A stretch of DNA of 64,000 bases from contig JAOPTX010000023.1 of assembly GCA_051532055.1 (NCBI GenBank), positions 80,450 to 144,449 on the forward strand, in the 5' to 3' direction. The position numbers and the translations under genes were made by a program. Below, piece after piece: positions 11,028 to 20,829 of this stretch (positions within the stretch are counted from its first letter, which is position 1; each line of letters opens with the position of its first letter). Below the pieces are notes generated by a model. It saw only the letters and a program-made list of their open reading frames with translations. It did no database searches and was not told the origin of the DNA. This stretch comes from Fibrobacterales bacterium. Its GTDB lineage: Bacteria; Fibrobacterota; Fibrobacteria; Fibrobacterales; JAOPTW01.

Positions 11028-11375
11028 TTAGCCTTTCTTTTTGAAGTCTTCTTTTCCTTTAAATTGTCTTTGCCACTGTCGCTCTTCAGGTGTATCCTGA
11101 GTCACATGAAAGGTCATTTCACCTTCAAACCGGTCTACACTTTCGCTCTTAGCAGAATGAATCATGGATTTAACCAGCGTATCTGATATTATTAAGAAGA
11201 GTATCCAAAATACTCCACATACTACCAACGATTTAGCCAAATCAAATAGTAGATCATTCAAAGTAATCGTATCTCGAATGAAGAGAGATATCCCAAAAAC
11301 ACCCCAAAAAACCAGTATTACTAATGTTTTTGTTATTGCACGAGTCAAACCCTGGCTATCTAATCTATTTTTCAT
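11028..11375 (-). CDS. Hypothetical two-TM membrane protein in the flagellar cluster
   Basis: ATG at 11375 overlaps the flhG stop (ATGA). Two hydrophobic segments and a charged tail. Confidence 0.7.
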   Translation of the reverse strand: MKNRLDSQGLTRAITKTLVILVFWGVFGISLFIRDTITLNDLLFDLAKSLVVCGVFWILFLIISDTLVKSMIHSAKSESVDRFEGEMTFHVTQDTPEERQWQRQFKGKEDFKKKG

Positions 11376-12184
11376 ACAAATACCTTTGATATTTGCCGTG
11401 ATACAGCTCGAACACATTTAATATATTCACATTGTGGATAGAGCTCAATAACTGGTGTCTGCTGTAATATTGCATTAGGAACCAATGAATCAAAAGGGAG
11501 GTACCCAAGATATTCAGGCCTAATTCCGAGAAACTGTTCCGAAACTTGTGCTAAATTCTCATATACCTTTTGTGGATCTTCACCATCCATAACCGAATTC
11601 ACCACTACGGAAACTTTTTGATAGGGGTTCCATTTCCGAATCGTTTTTAGCGTACCATACGCATCTGCAAGAGAAGTTAATTCTTTATTCAGTACCAACA
11701 CCACAAGGTCTACGGTCGTTGTGAATGCAATAGTCGGCTCACTTAATCCTGCACCCACATCAATGACCATACATTCATATTGATTTCCCAAAGTGTGAAG
11801 TGAGCGAATAATACGCTGCATAGCATCACTTTGCACCCAATTAATCGAAGATACTCCCGAAAAACCATGAATAAAATCAAGGCCGAAAACATTTCGCTCA
11901 ATGATATCTGAAAAATCGAGTGAACCTTCAACAAACATGCCCCAATGGGCAGAGGGGGTAACCCCCATCATAATGTTAAGATCAGCCAACCCTGGATCAC
12001 CGTCTAAAAGAAGTGTCTTACTTTGTTTCGCAAGTGCTATAGCCAAGTTGAGAGAAAAGGTACTTTTACCCACTCCCCCTTTCCCACTCGCAATTGCAAT
12101 TTTATAACAGCTATCTGAAAGAAATGAATCTCTGAGATCGATAAGGCCCTGATAGTAGCCCATTTGTGTTTGCAATTTATCCAT
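11372..12184 (-). CDS. flhG: MinD-like flagellar number regulator FlhG/FleN
   Basis: SGKGGVGKS deviant Walker A, D.D.GLADL, IDVGAG, TSLADAYG. Directly after flhF. Confidence 0.92.
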   Translation of the reverse strand: MDKLQTQMGYYQGLIDLRDSFLSDSCYKIAIASGKGGVGKSTFSLNLAIALAKQSKTLLLDGDPGLADLNIMMGVTPSAHWGMFVEGSLDFSDIIERNVFGLDFIHGFSGVSSINWVQSDAMQRIIRSLHTLGNQYECMVIDVGAGLSEPTIAFTTTVDLVVLVLNKELTSLADAYGTLKTIRKWNPYQKVSVVVNSVMDGEDPQKVYENLAQVSEQFLGIRPEYLGYLPFDSLVPNAILQQTPVIELYPQCEYIKCVRAVSRQISKVFV

Positions 12185-13404
12185 TACATTCCCTCAAACA
12201 TTATCTCAGAAAAAGACTCTGCCTCTGCGATCATTATATCGTCAGGTATTTTTTGTCCAAAAGTTAAGTATGAAACCGGAAGCCCATTTTTAATCATCAC
12301 ATTAACAAGAGAAGCATGGCTACTCGTTTCATCAAGTTTTGTGAAAAGGACCCTGGACACCCCTAAAGATTTGAAAGATTCAAAAATATGTTGCATATCA
12401 TCCACCTTAACATTTGCAGCCAATACAAGATGAATTTCATCGGGAACGGCAATATCAATAATTTGACGAAGCTCTGTCAGATGCTCGCTACTGGTTTGGG
12501 ACCTTCCTGCAGAATCAATTAAGACCACATCTTTATCTTTGAAATTATCAAGAGCTTTATCAATATCACTCAATTCAAATATCGCTTCAAAATCAACACT
12601 CGATGCACTTGCAAGAGTACTCATCTGTTCGATTGCACCAATTCGATAACAATCAGTTGAGATAATTCCTACCTCTTTATTACCTTGAAGAATTAACTGC
12701 CCTGCAAGCTTTGCAATGGTCGTTGTTTTACCAACACCAGTTGAACCAACAAACATTATTATAGATGCTCTATTTTCTCTAAAAGTTATAGGGCCCGCAA
12801 CAGGAAGTTTATCAGCAACAATTTTTTTGCTACTGTACCGTACAAATTTTTCATTGCGTTCATCAGGAGCGCTTGCTATAGTGAGCTCTGCCACTACTTC
12901 ATTTATAAAATCAGGAAGCACCCCCTTTTTAAGGAGCTCATGATAAATCAATTTAAAATCTTCTGGTACCGACTTTATTACTTCGCTTGATCGATTCAGT
13001 ACACCCTTCTTTAGGTTTTGAATTTCACGCTTAATTTCTGCAATTTCTTTATTTGGCTCAAGTACAACGTCACGAATTGCCCCGATTTCATGTTTAATAG
13101 CCTGTAACAGATCATTGTGAGCTTGTTTATCAGTATCACTTTCAGCTTCAAGTACCGCAGATCTACTTTGACCAATAGATCGAGGAGAGTATGCTTGTGC
13201 AGGCATCGCGTGCCCCACTACTTCTCCCGGTTTTACAAATGCTTTTTCATCAAGGGCTGCAGTTACTTCCACCTCACTCTCTTTGCCCATCAGTCCTTTC
13301 TTTAAATTTTCGGTCTTTAATATAACCGCCTGGGGACCCAGTTCTTCCTTAACCCGTTCAAGGGCTTCACGTACTGTAGCAGCTCTAAACTTTTTCATTT
13401 TCAT
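12184..13404 (-). CDS. flhF: SRP-type GTPase FlhF
   Basis: MKMKKFRA..REAL..VK.ELG..AVIL, GSTGVGKTTTIAKLA, DSAGRS, TKLDET, GQKIPDD. Confidence 0.96.
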   Translation of the reverse strand: MKMKKFRAATVREALERVKEELGPQAVILKTENLKKGLMGKESEVEVTAALDEKAFVKPGEVVGHAMPAQAYSPRSIGQSRSAVLEAESDTDKQAHNDLLQAIKHEIGAIRDVVLEPNKEIAEIKREIQNLKKGVLNRSSEVIKSVPEDFKLIYHELLKKGVLPDFINEVVAELTIASAPDERNEKFVRYSSKKIVADKLPVAGPITFRENRASIIMFVGSTGVGKTTTIAKLAGQLILQGNKEVGIISTDCYRIGAIEQMSTLASASSVDFEAIFELSDIDKALDNFKDKDVVLIDSAGRSQTSSEHLTELRQIIDIAVPDEIHLVLAANVKVDDMQHIFESFKSLGVSRVLFTKLDETSSHASLVNVMIKNGLPVSYLTFGQKIPDDIMIAEAESFSEIMFEGM

Positions 13405-15481
13405 GGATCGATATGGTTCCTGTAGATTTAATATTTATACCAGTCACAATTTCACTATACGCCAAAACCGAAAGATTGGGGTAACTTCCTTCAAGAAGCA
13501 TTTTCATGGGAAACCGTATATTAGGCGAGCAAACTAGTATTTGCTGTTCGTTAAGAGCGAGCAATCGCTCACAAATTGGTGCCGTTGCATCGAGAATCTT
13601 ACCAACAACATCAGGCCTTAACACTAAACGAGGCCCCTTTTCTGTTTTCTGTACTGATGCCTCTAATAATTGTTCCAACTGAGGATCTAATGTAATAACG
13701 GGTATGACTCCATCAGGCGTATTGAAACCCATACAGATTTGCCGTGACAACCCAGCTCGACACTCTTCAGTTAGGTAGGTTGTCTCCTTTGACATTTTAG
13801 CACTATCAGACAATATCTCAAGTATAGCAGAGAGGTTCCGTATTGAGACCTTTTCACTCAATAAATGGGTCAGTACTGTTTGTAATTCACCAAACCCAAG
13901 AAGACCAGGTATAAGCTCATCAACAACAGCAGAGTTATCTTGTTTCACCGTATCAACCAATGCTTTCACATCCTGACGCGTCAAAATATCAGCAGCATTA
14001 CCTTTTATAACTTCAGTAATATGAGTTGCAAGAACTGCAGGCAACTCTACTACGGTATATCCCGACAATTCAGCCGTCTCTTTCTGCGATTCTGTTATCC
14101 AAAGAGCTGGGAGCCCAAAAGCGGGTTCAACGGTCTCGATTCCTGAAATCTGTTGAGATACTTCTCCTGGATTCATAGCAAGGTAAGAACCCATCATGAG
14201 GTTGCCCGATCCCACTTCAAGTCCTTTTACCTTAACTATGTAATCATTCGGTTGAAGCTGAATATTATCTCGAATTCGAATAGGAGGCACAATAATACCC
14301 AGTTCTGTAGCACATTGCCTTCTGAGCATAGTGATCCGTTCGAGTAAATCCCCACCTTGGTTTGTATCAACTAGTGGTATAAGGCCATAGCCAATTTCCA
14401 ACTCCATTTGATCAATTTTTAAATAATCTTCAATGCGTTCTTCGGCACTCTCGGCACCACTTTCTCCTTGAGAAAGTTCCTCTTCACTTTGAGTCTCCTC
14501 TTCTTTTTTCTTTGAATCAGCTGTAGCTATTTTATATGCACCAAATGCCAGCATTATAGCAAGTGATGTAAATGGTATGATAGGCATTCCTGGTACAAGC
14601 CCAAGAAACATCATGACACCTGCTGAGGCAAAAAGTGCCTTAGTACTTTGAGAAAATTGCGCAATCAGCTCTTGCCCAAGGTTACCTGATGAAGCCGCAC
14701 GAGTCACAATAATACCTGCACCAGTCGAAATCATCAATGAAGGCACCTGTGAAACCAATCCATCACCAATGGTTAACTTAGTATAAGTCTCAAGTGCAGT
14801 AAAGAAGTCCATACCTTGCATCGCCATGCCTGTTGCAAAACCACCAATAATATTAACCACCGTAATAACCAAACCTGCAGTCGCATCACCTTTAACAAAT
14901 TTACTCGCACCATCCATTGCGCCATAAAAGTCAGCTTCGCGAGATATATCTTTCCGTTTCTGCTTCGCTTCATCTTCGGTTAAAATTCCCGCATTTAGAT
15001 CGGCATCAACCGCCATCTGTTTACCCGGCATCGCATCAAGAGTAAAGCGAGCAGCAACCTCAGCGATTCTACCAGAACCTTTGGTAATGACTATCAACTG
15101 TACCATGACTATGATGATAAAGATAATAACCCCTACAACGATATTATTACCCGTTACAAAATTACTAAATGAGTTAATCACTTCACCCGCCTCACCATCT
15201 GCAAGAATCATACGGGTTGTAGAAATATTCATCGCTATTCGAAAGAGAGTTAACACCAGTAGCAAGCCGGGAAATACCGAAAAATCTAAGACATTATCGA
15301 GATACATAGAGATAATGAGAACAACAAGAGCAAGGGATATCATAAGTGAGAGCAAAATATCTATCAGCCAGGTCGGTATTGGAACCACCATCATTACAAT
15401 AACACCAACAATAGAGATGATAATAAGTACATCTTTATGTTTTGCTAATGCGCCTAGATTTATGCCATCTTTTATGCTCAT
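13385..15481 (-). CDS. flhA: Flagellar export gate protein FlhA
   Basis: RIAEVAARFTLDAMPGKQMAVDADL, FYGAMDGASKFVKGDA, TIGDGLVSQVP. Confidence 0.98.
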   Translation of the reverse strand: MSIKDGINLGALAKHKDVLIIISIVGVIVMMVVPIPTWLIDILLSLMISLALVVLIISMYLDNVLDFSVFPGLLLVLTLFRIAMNISTTRMILADGEAGEVINSFSNFVTGNNIVVGVIIFIIIVMVQLIVITKGSGRIAEVAARFTLDAMPGKQMAVDADLNAGILTEDEAKQKRKDISREADFYGAMDGASKFVKGDATAGLVITVVNIIGGFATGMAMQGMDFFTALETYTKLTIGDGLVSQVPSLMISTGAGIIVTRAASSGNLGQELIAQFSQSTKALFASAGVMMFLGLVPGMPIIPFTSLAIMLAFGAYKIATADSKKKEEETQSEEELSQGESGAESAEERIEDYLKIDQMELEIGYGLIPLVDTNQGGDLLERITMLRRQCATELGIIVPPIRIRDNIQLQPNDYIVKVKGLEVGSGNLMMGSYLAMNPGEVSQQISGIETVEPAFGLPALWITESQKETAELSGYTVVELPAVLATHITEVIKGNAADILTRQDVKALVDTVKQDNSAVVDELIPGLLGFGELQTVLTHLLSEKVSIRNLSAILEILSDSAKMSKETTYLTEECRAGLSRQICMGFNTPDGVIPVITLDPQLEQLLEASVQKTEKGPRLVLRPDVVGKILDATAPICERLLALNEQQILVCSPNIRFPMKMLLEGSYPNLSVLAYSEIVTGINIKSTGTISIHENEKV

Positions 15482-15489
15482 CTGCTACT

Positions 15490-17307
15490 CTATTGATTTC
15501 TCGCAATTACAGAGGGTCGATTAAACCCTCTATTTCGCAAGACTTCAATTCCATTGGCATCAAGTTTTACCAGGCTCCCTACTTCAGTATCAGTTATCCA
15601 GCAGCCATTATCTGATTGGTCAACAACTGCACCAATAGGATTACTGAAACCAGAAAAAACCTGAACACCGGGGCTTAAGCTACTCACCGCCTGAAAACTT
15701 GTCATTTCACTACTACTCAATTTAACAACTTGCCCTGCTTTTGTGTCAACTATCCAACAGATCCCATTCCATGCCGAAATTTTGCTAATTTTCTGAAATC
15801 CCGTAATTGAATCTATTCCAGTGCCATCGCTATTCATTAAATAGAGGGTACTACTGTCGGCAACCCATAATTGTGAAGCAACATAATCAAATGCTATAGA
15901 GGCTGGGTTTTTAAAAGTGAAGAAAGGAAGAAATTGAGCAGGGTCCAAAACTCGACCGGTATCAACAGACATATAGACAGTATCTGTTACAGGATTAACA
16001 TACCAGCTACTATTTTCCCGATAGTCAACAACAAGGTCGGAAACATACCCCTTGCTCACAGAATCCATAGTAAGCTCAGTTAAGGTAGTATCGGCAATCT
16101 GAAAACTCTTAACTACTCCTTGATTGTTAATCCCACTCGAAACCCATAGTACTTTCGAATCATGATCAAGTGCAACACTTCGAGGCGAAACAAATGATGA
16201 GTCTCTCATCTCTTGTATACCATTTTCGGAGAATCGGTAGAGCGCATTTGCCCCCTCATCAGCAACCCATACAGGTGAAGGTGTATTTGGGTCAATAGCT
16301 ATGCTGCTAATATCATTAAAGCTGTTACGTAACCGAAAAATCTCGGTACCATATCTCGTGATCTTGATTAAATCATTTTCATCACTCATCCACAAAGACC
16401 CAATCTCTTGATAACCAATTACCCTCACCCGATATTCCCGAAACATCAACGAATGAGAGTCTGATATTTGAAGGGTTACGATGGTATCAATCTCAGCTGC
16501 ATCGAGCTCTAATCGATACTCATAACTATTGGCTGCCGAATCTGCCGCAGTGCTTATTAATGTAAACCCATTAAGCGTCACTTGAGGACTAATTAAACTT
16601 GCTTTGTAAGCATCAGACAAACTCAATGAAAAATAGAGATCTTGCCCTGCGCGACCAAAAAGATGAATCAGTTCGCGATAATTTTCACTGCGTACCTCTT
16701 GGCTTACTCCACTGATCATAACAGAATCAATCCGTGGCGCAATATTCTCAATTTCTACTGAGATAGGATTTGAATAGACACCATTTACCACTACATGTAC
16801 CGTATCTGCGAAGGTTGAGTCAGCGATCATCACCCCCTGTGCAGCGACACTATCAATATGAGGAGTAGGAAGGGTCTCCCAAAGTATATACGCAGTATCA
16901 GAATCAACAAAACCATTCTTAATAACCGGGGTATGGTAAGCTACCATTCCACTATTGCTGTGCCACGCCACGACACTCCCTACCTGACGTCCAAATTCAT
17001 CAAATGCTTGATCATACTCTTCCTGAATACGAAGTCGTTGAATGGGAGGTAATGTGGAATTTAAAAGTCCTGAAAGGCTATCTTTCAAACTTTGAGCGGT
17101 AATCATTTTTTCCGTCGCTTGTATTCCACCGAGTGTCACCCAGACTTTATAAGCCCCCCCCTCATAGTCTGAACCTGTGATATCAACATGTATCTCAGGG
17201 AACAAACCTTGGGGCCCCTCATCATCACCAAAGAAGAGACATCCATTCATTATGAGTGCATACAGCACCACTATCATACATTTAAACACCAGCAACCTGC
17301 CTTTCAT
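15490..17307 (-). CDS. Lipoprotein with C-terminal NHL-like beta-propeller
   Basis: Lipobox-like IMNG-C. Repeats of the form P.SIA.D....LWVAD (for example PASIAFDYVASQLWVADS). Overlaps the flhB 3' end. Confidence 0.75.
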   Translation of the reverse strand: MKGRLLVFKCMIVVLYALIMNGCLFFGDDEGPQGLFPEIHVDITGSDYEGGAYKVWVTLGGIQATEKMITAQSLKDSLSGLLNSTLPPIQRLRIQEEYDQAFDEFGRQVGSVVAWHSNSGMVAYHTPVIKNGFVDSDTAYILWETLPTPHIDSVAAQGVMIADSTFADTVHVVVNGVYSNPISVEIENIAPRIDSVMISGVSQEVRSENYRELIHLFGRAGQDLYFSLSLSDAYKASLISPQVTLNGFTLISTAADSAANSYEYRLELDAAEIDTIVTLQISDSHSLMFREYRVRVIGYQEIGSLWMSDENDLIKITRYGTEIFRLRNSFNDISSIAIDPNTPSPVWVADEGANALYRFSENGIQEMRDSSFVSPRSVALDHDSKVLWVSSGINNQGVVKSFQIADTTLTELTMDSVSKGYVSDLVVDYRENSSWYVNPVTDTVYMSVDTGRVLDPAQFLPFFTFKNPASIAFDYVASQLWVADSSTLYLMNSDGTGIDSITGFQKISKISAWNGICWIVDTKAGQVVKLSSSEMTSFQAVSSLSPGVQVFSGFSNPIGAVVDQSDNGCWITDTEVGSLVKLDANGIEVLRNRGFNRPSVIARNQ

Positions 17308-18373
17308 TTTTTAAGCTAAATACATATGCTAAAATTTCTGCTACGGCACCAAAAAATTCTGCGGGGAGTTCAACTCCCGGCTCTACAATATCATACATGG
17401 CGCGAGCAAGTGGTTTATCTTCCACAATAGGAATATCATTGTCCGTTGCAATTCTTCGAATCTCTTCAGCTATCAGTCGTTTACCCTTTGCAACTATAAC
17501 AGGAGCGTCATCAACCCCTCGTTCATAACGTATTGCTATTGCGATAAAAATCGGGTTTGTAATTACCACTGTAGCCCGCTTTGTTTCACCCTGCATCATA
17601 CGAGCATTCATTTCCATCATCATTTGACGCATACGTGCTTTAAGCTTTGGATCTTGATCAGCATTTTTTGCTTCGTCTTTAATTTCTTGCTTAGTCATTT
17701 TGGAATCAGTACTAAATTTTTTCTTCTGATAAGCAAAGTCTATAAGCCCAAGAATAATTAAGAGAGCAGCAACCCAGATAGTAATTTCTAAAGCAACATC
17801 AAAAATCTTTGCCCAAATTATTGCAACATCCGTATCCATCAAAAAAAGAAGATCTTCAAATTCTTTGGCAATTATTATATAGACAACAATACCTACAATA
17901 GTAAGTTTCGCAAGGTTTTTAAGGAGTTCGACAATTGTCGCAATGGAAAACTTACTCTTTAATCCATTCATCTTCATAATTTTTTTAAAATCAGGTTTAA
18001 GCTTATTCAGAGTAAAGAGCCATCCTACTTGGAAAAAATTAACACCTACTGCGAGGACGAGCATGAGTACTGCTATAGGGTAAATTGCATATAGGGTTTT
18101 TTTAAGCATTTTCTCTGACACCAGAGCAATAAAGCTCGCCTCATTCAATTCAAAACTGCTAATCATCGAATAGACATCAACCAAGTTTGTTCGCATTACA
18201 TCCATAAGCCGCTCACCAAAAATAAGAATTGCAATTAATGCAATCATTACTCCCGCTCCTGCGGTTAAGTCTTGAGACTTTGCAACTTGTCCTTTTCCAC
18301 GCATCTCCGATTTACGTTTAGCGGAGGCGTCTTCGGTTTTTTCGTCTTTATCAGGCACTCGTTCCCCCTGCAC
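17282..18373 (-). CDS. flhB: Flagellar export protein FlhB
   Basis: EKTE.AS.KR...R.KGQVAKS.DL, KMTKQEIKDE, VVITNP, AP.IVAKG, LARAMY. The true start may be GTG at 18358. Confidence 0.96.
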   Translation of the reverse strand: MQGERVPDKDEKTEDASAKRKSEMRGKGQVAKSQDLTAGAGVMIALIAILIFGERLMDVMRTNLVDVYSMISSFELNEASFIALVSEKMLKKTLYAIYPIAVLMLVLAVGVNFFQVGWLFTLNKLKPDFKKIMKMNGLKSKFSIATIVELLKNLAKLTIVGIVVYIIIAKEFEDLLFLMDTDVAIIWAKIFDVALEITIWVAALLIILGLIDFAYQKKKFSTDSKMTKQEIKDEAKNADQDPKLKARMRQMMMEMNARMMQGETKRATVVITNPIFIAIAIRYERGVDDAPVIVAKGKRLIAEEIRRIATDNDIPIVEDKPLARAMYDIVEPGVELPAEFFGAVAEILAYVFSLKNERQVAGV

Positions 18374-19157
18374 GCATTAAAATGAAAAGGTTCTCTTGAA
18401 TAAGAATGAAATACTTATCAAGAAGCTGGTATGCCAGTGGCAACGTGTATATAATAACCATTATCCCAATACCAATTTTGAGAGGAATAGCCACCAACCA
18501 TACATTCATTTGCGGCATTATCTTGGACATAAATGCCATTCCAAAAGTGGTTAAAATAATTATAACCATTAGGGGCGCTGCCATTTTAACCCCAAATACA
18601 AATGATTGGACGACAAGAAAGAGTATTACCTCAACATTAAGGTTACTATGATGTTCAATGCCAGCGATAGGTATATATTTAAATGATTGAACTACAGCCT
18701 CAATAAAAAAATGATGATTATCATTAATGATAAACATCACCGTAAAGAGTACCAAAATAAATTGACCCAGCCCAGTAGTCTGGTCACCGGTTGTTGGATC
18801 AATTCCCGGGGTCATACTCAAGCCCATATCACGAGCCATAAAAAAGCCTGCAATGGGTATAAATGTAAAGAGAAGAGATGAGGTAAAACCAATAATGACA
18901 CCCACAAAAACTTCTTTAAGAGTCAAAATAAAAACGTGCGCTATTGAATTAGACACTTCAATGGTTTGAGAGGGGAGGAGAGGAAATATTAATATACAGA
19001 TAAAAAAGACAATACCCACTTTAACCCGAGCACTTATATTCCTTCCAGTAAAAATAGGGAGTAAAAAAATTGCCACAGATACTCGAACCAACATGAGGAA
19101 GAAAAACTCAAGTTGACCGACGGTTATATCTGCTATGGTTGCGGCTTGCTCTAACAT
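18351..19157 (-). CDS. fliR: Flagellar export protein FliR
   Basis: Hydrophobic. KEVFVG..IGF, MGLSM, SKIMPQMNV...IPLKI. Lies between fliQ and flhB. Confidence 0.93.
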   Translation of the reverse strand: MLEQAATIADITVGQLEFFFLMLVRVSVAIFLLPIFTGRNISARVKVGIVFFICILIFPLLPSQTIEVSNSIAHVFILTLKEVFVGVIIGFTSSLLFTFIPIAGFFMARDMGLSMTPGIDPTTGDQTTGLGQFILVLFTVMFIINDNHHFFIEAVVQSFKYIPIAGIEHHSNLNVEVILFLVVQSFVFGVKMAAPLMVIIILTTFGMAFMSKIMPQMNVWLVAIPLKIGIGIMVIIYTLPLAYQLLDKYFILIQENLFILMRAGGTSA

Positions 19158-19158
19158 A

Positions 19159-19428
19159 CTATGGAATCAAATTTGGTATCATGTCGATCAGACTATTAAA
19201 AAAAGATCGAAAGAGTTTAAGCATTGTAGGCATCATAAAAAGAAGCACGGCTGCTACTGACAAAATTTTTGGAATAAATGTCATGGTCATTTCATTAATT
19301 TGGGTTGCAGCCTGAAAAATTGAAACAGCTAATCCAACTACAAGCGCAGTAATGAGCATAGGCCCACCAAGATACATTAGTGTTAACAGTGCATTTCTTC
19401 CAATATCAATTACAACAATATCTGTCAT
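19159..19428 (-). CDS. fliQ: Flagellar export protein FliQ
   Basis: VGLAVSIFQAATQINEMTMTFIPKI. Confidence 0.96.
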   Translation of the reverse strand: MTDIVVIDIGRNALLTLMYLGGPMLITALVVGLAVSIFQAATQINEMTMTFIPKILSVAAVLLFMMPTMLKLFRSFFNSLIDMIPNLIP

Positions 19429-19437
19429 GATACACTC

Positions 19438-20184
19438 CTAGTGAAAACTCAGCACCACTTGCTGGACCACTAAGTGCCATCCATCAACAAGTACAAATAA
19501 TATCAATTTAAAGGGCATTGAAATCATAACGGGAGGAAGCATCATCATCCCCATTGACATAAGTACTGATGCAACAGTCATATCAATAACTAAAAAAGGA
19601 ATATACAGTAGAAACCCAATAATAAATGCTGTTTTTATCTCGCTTAATATAAAGGCAGGAATAATTACTGTCAGTGAAAGTTCATCAATATTTTTAGGAT
19701 TCGCCGTTTTTGATACGCGCAAAAAAAGCGCCAGCTCACTTTCACTCGTCTGCCTAAGCATAAAATCTCGAATAGGAGTCAATGCTTCTTCGATTGCAAC
19801 TTCATGATTTATCTCTTTGGCTAAATAGGGTTGCAGTGCGTTCTCATTGATGGCATTAAAGGTTGGCGTCATAATAAAAAACGTGAGAAACAGAGTAAGC
19901 CCCATTACCACCTGATTAGGTGGTGCATTCATTGTACCCAATGCCTGTTTTAAAAAATTAAGAACGATTACTATACGGGTAAAAGAAGTGAGCATGATGA
20001 TGATCGAAGGTGCTAGAGTCAACACAGTCATGAGTGCTACGATTTCCAAAGTAACCGCAACATCATCAACTGATTCAGCCTCTTCAAAACCAAGAGTCAC
20101 TTTTGGCATTATCTGTGCAGATAACTCTGGAATACAGATGAGACCAAAAATGAATAATACAATATACTTAAGAGGCACTGTCAC
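19438..20184 (-). CDS. fliP: Flagellar export protein FliP
   Basis: TSFTRIVIVL, PPNQV, PAFILSEIKTAF, MGMMMLPP, KLILFVLVDGW. Confidence 0.98.
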   Translation of the reverse strand: MTVPLKYIVLFIFGLICIPELSAQIMPKVTLGFEEAESVDDVAVTLEIVALMTVLTLAPSIIIMLTSFTRIVIVLNFLKQALGTMNAPPNQVVMGLTLFLTFFIMTPTFNAINENALQPYLAKEINHEVAIEEALTPIRDFMLRQTSESELALFLRVSKTANPKNIDELSLTVIIPAFILSEIKTAFIIGFLLYIPFLVIDMTVASVLMSMGMMMLPPVMISMPFKLILFVLVDGWHLVVQQVVLSFH

Positions 20185-20773
20185 CTCCCTTATTATTCTG
20201 TACTTCAGTACGTTTAAATTTACTCAACAACTGATTCACCGTTTGATTAAATTGCCCTGATGCAATTCCTGATTGTGACGCTTTATTCAAGTAACGTTCA
20301 GCATCATCACCCTCTATTGTCGTGAGGGTATTAATTGATTGCTGTGTTACCCCAAGAACCAAAATTTTCCCATGGAGTTTAACCGTCATTATTTTATGCT
20401 GCTGCCCTAAGGGTGTCATATCTAAGACTTCAAGATCACCTTGCCCCGAAAATTTATTAAAGGCGCTTCCTTGTAATTTTTTCATAAGGTAGATTAACAC
20501 TACAATAAGAAGAATGATAAACGCCAATCCTAGAAATGTTTTTATAACAAGGGTACTGACAGATACTTCTTCTGGAGTTTGATCTTGCGCTAAAGATTGA
20601 CCCGATCCCGTTTCATTGATCACATCAAGTTTTCGTTGACCTGGTTTTTCAGCTCCGTCGACAACTGGTGGTTTTAATTCTGCAAACAGATGAGACCATG
20701 TGAGTACAACCACAATGGTAATTATTGACCTTATATTCATCATATACCCATTTTTGTACGTTCGGATTTTCAT
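20168..20773 (-). CDS. fliO: Flagellar biosynthesis protein FliO/FliZ
   Basis: TM followed by LEVLDMTPLG..KIMTVKL.GKILVLGVT..SIN.L. Lies between fliY and fliP. The start is uncertain. Confidence 0.88.
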   Translation of the reverse strand: MKIRTYKNGYMMNIRSIITIVVVLTWSHLFAELKPPVVDGAEKPGQRKLDVINETGSGQSLAQDQTPEEVSVSTLVIKTFLGLAFIILLIVVLIYLMKKLQGSAFNKFSGQGDLEVLDMTPLGQQHKIMTVKLHGKILVLGVTQQSINTLTTIEGDDAERYLNKASQSGIASGQFNQTVNQLLSKFKRTEVQNNKGGDSAS

Positions 20774-20829
20774 TACTACTACTCTTCACAAGATAAAAAT
20801 CCTCTAGTTGGGCAAGTGATTTTAATGAG

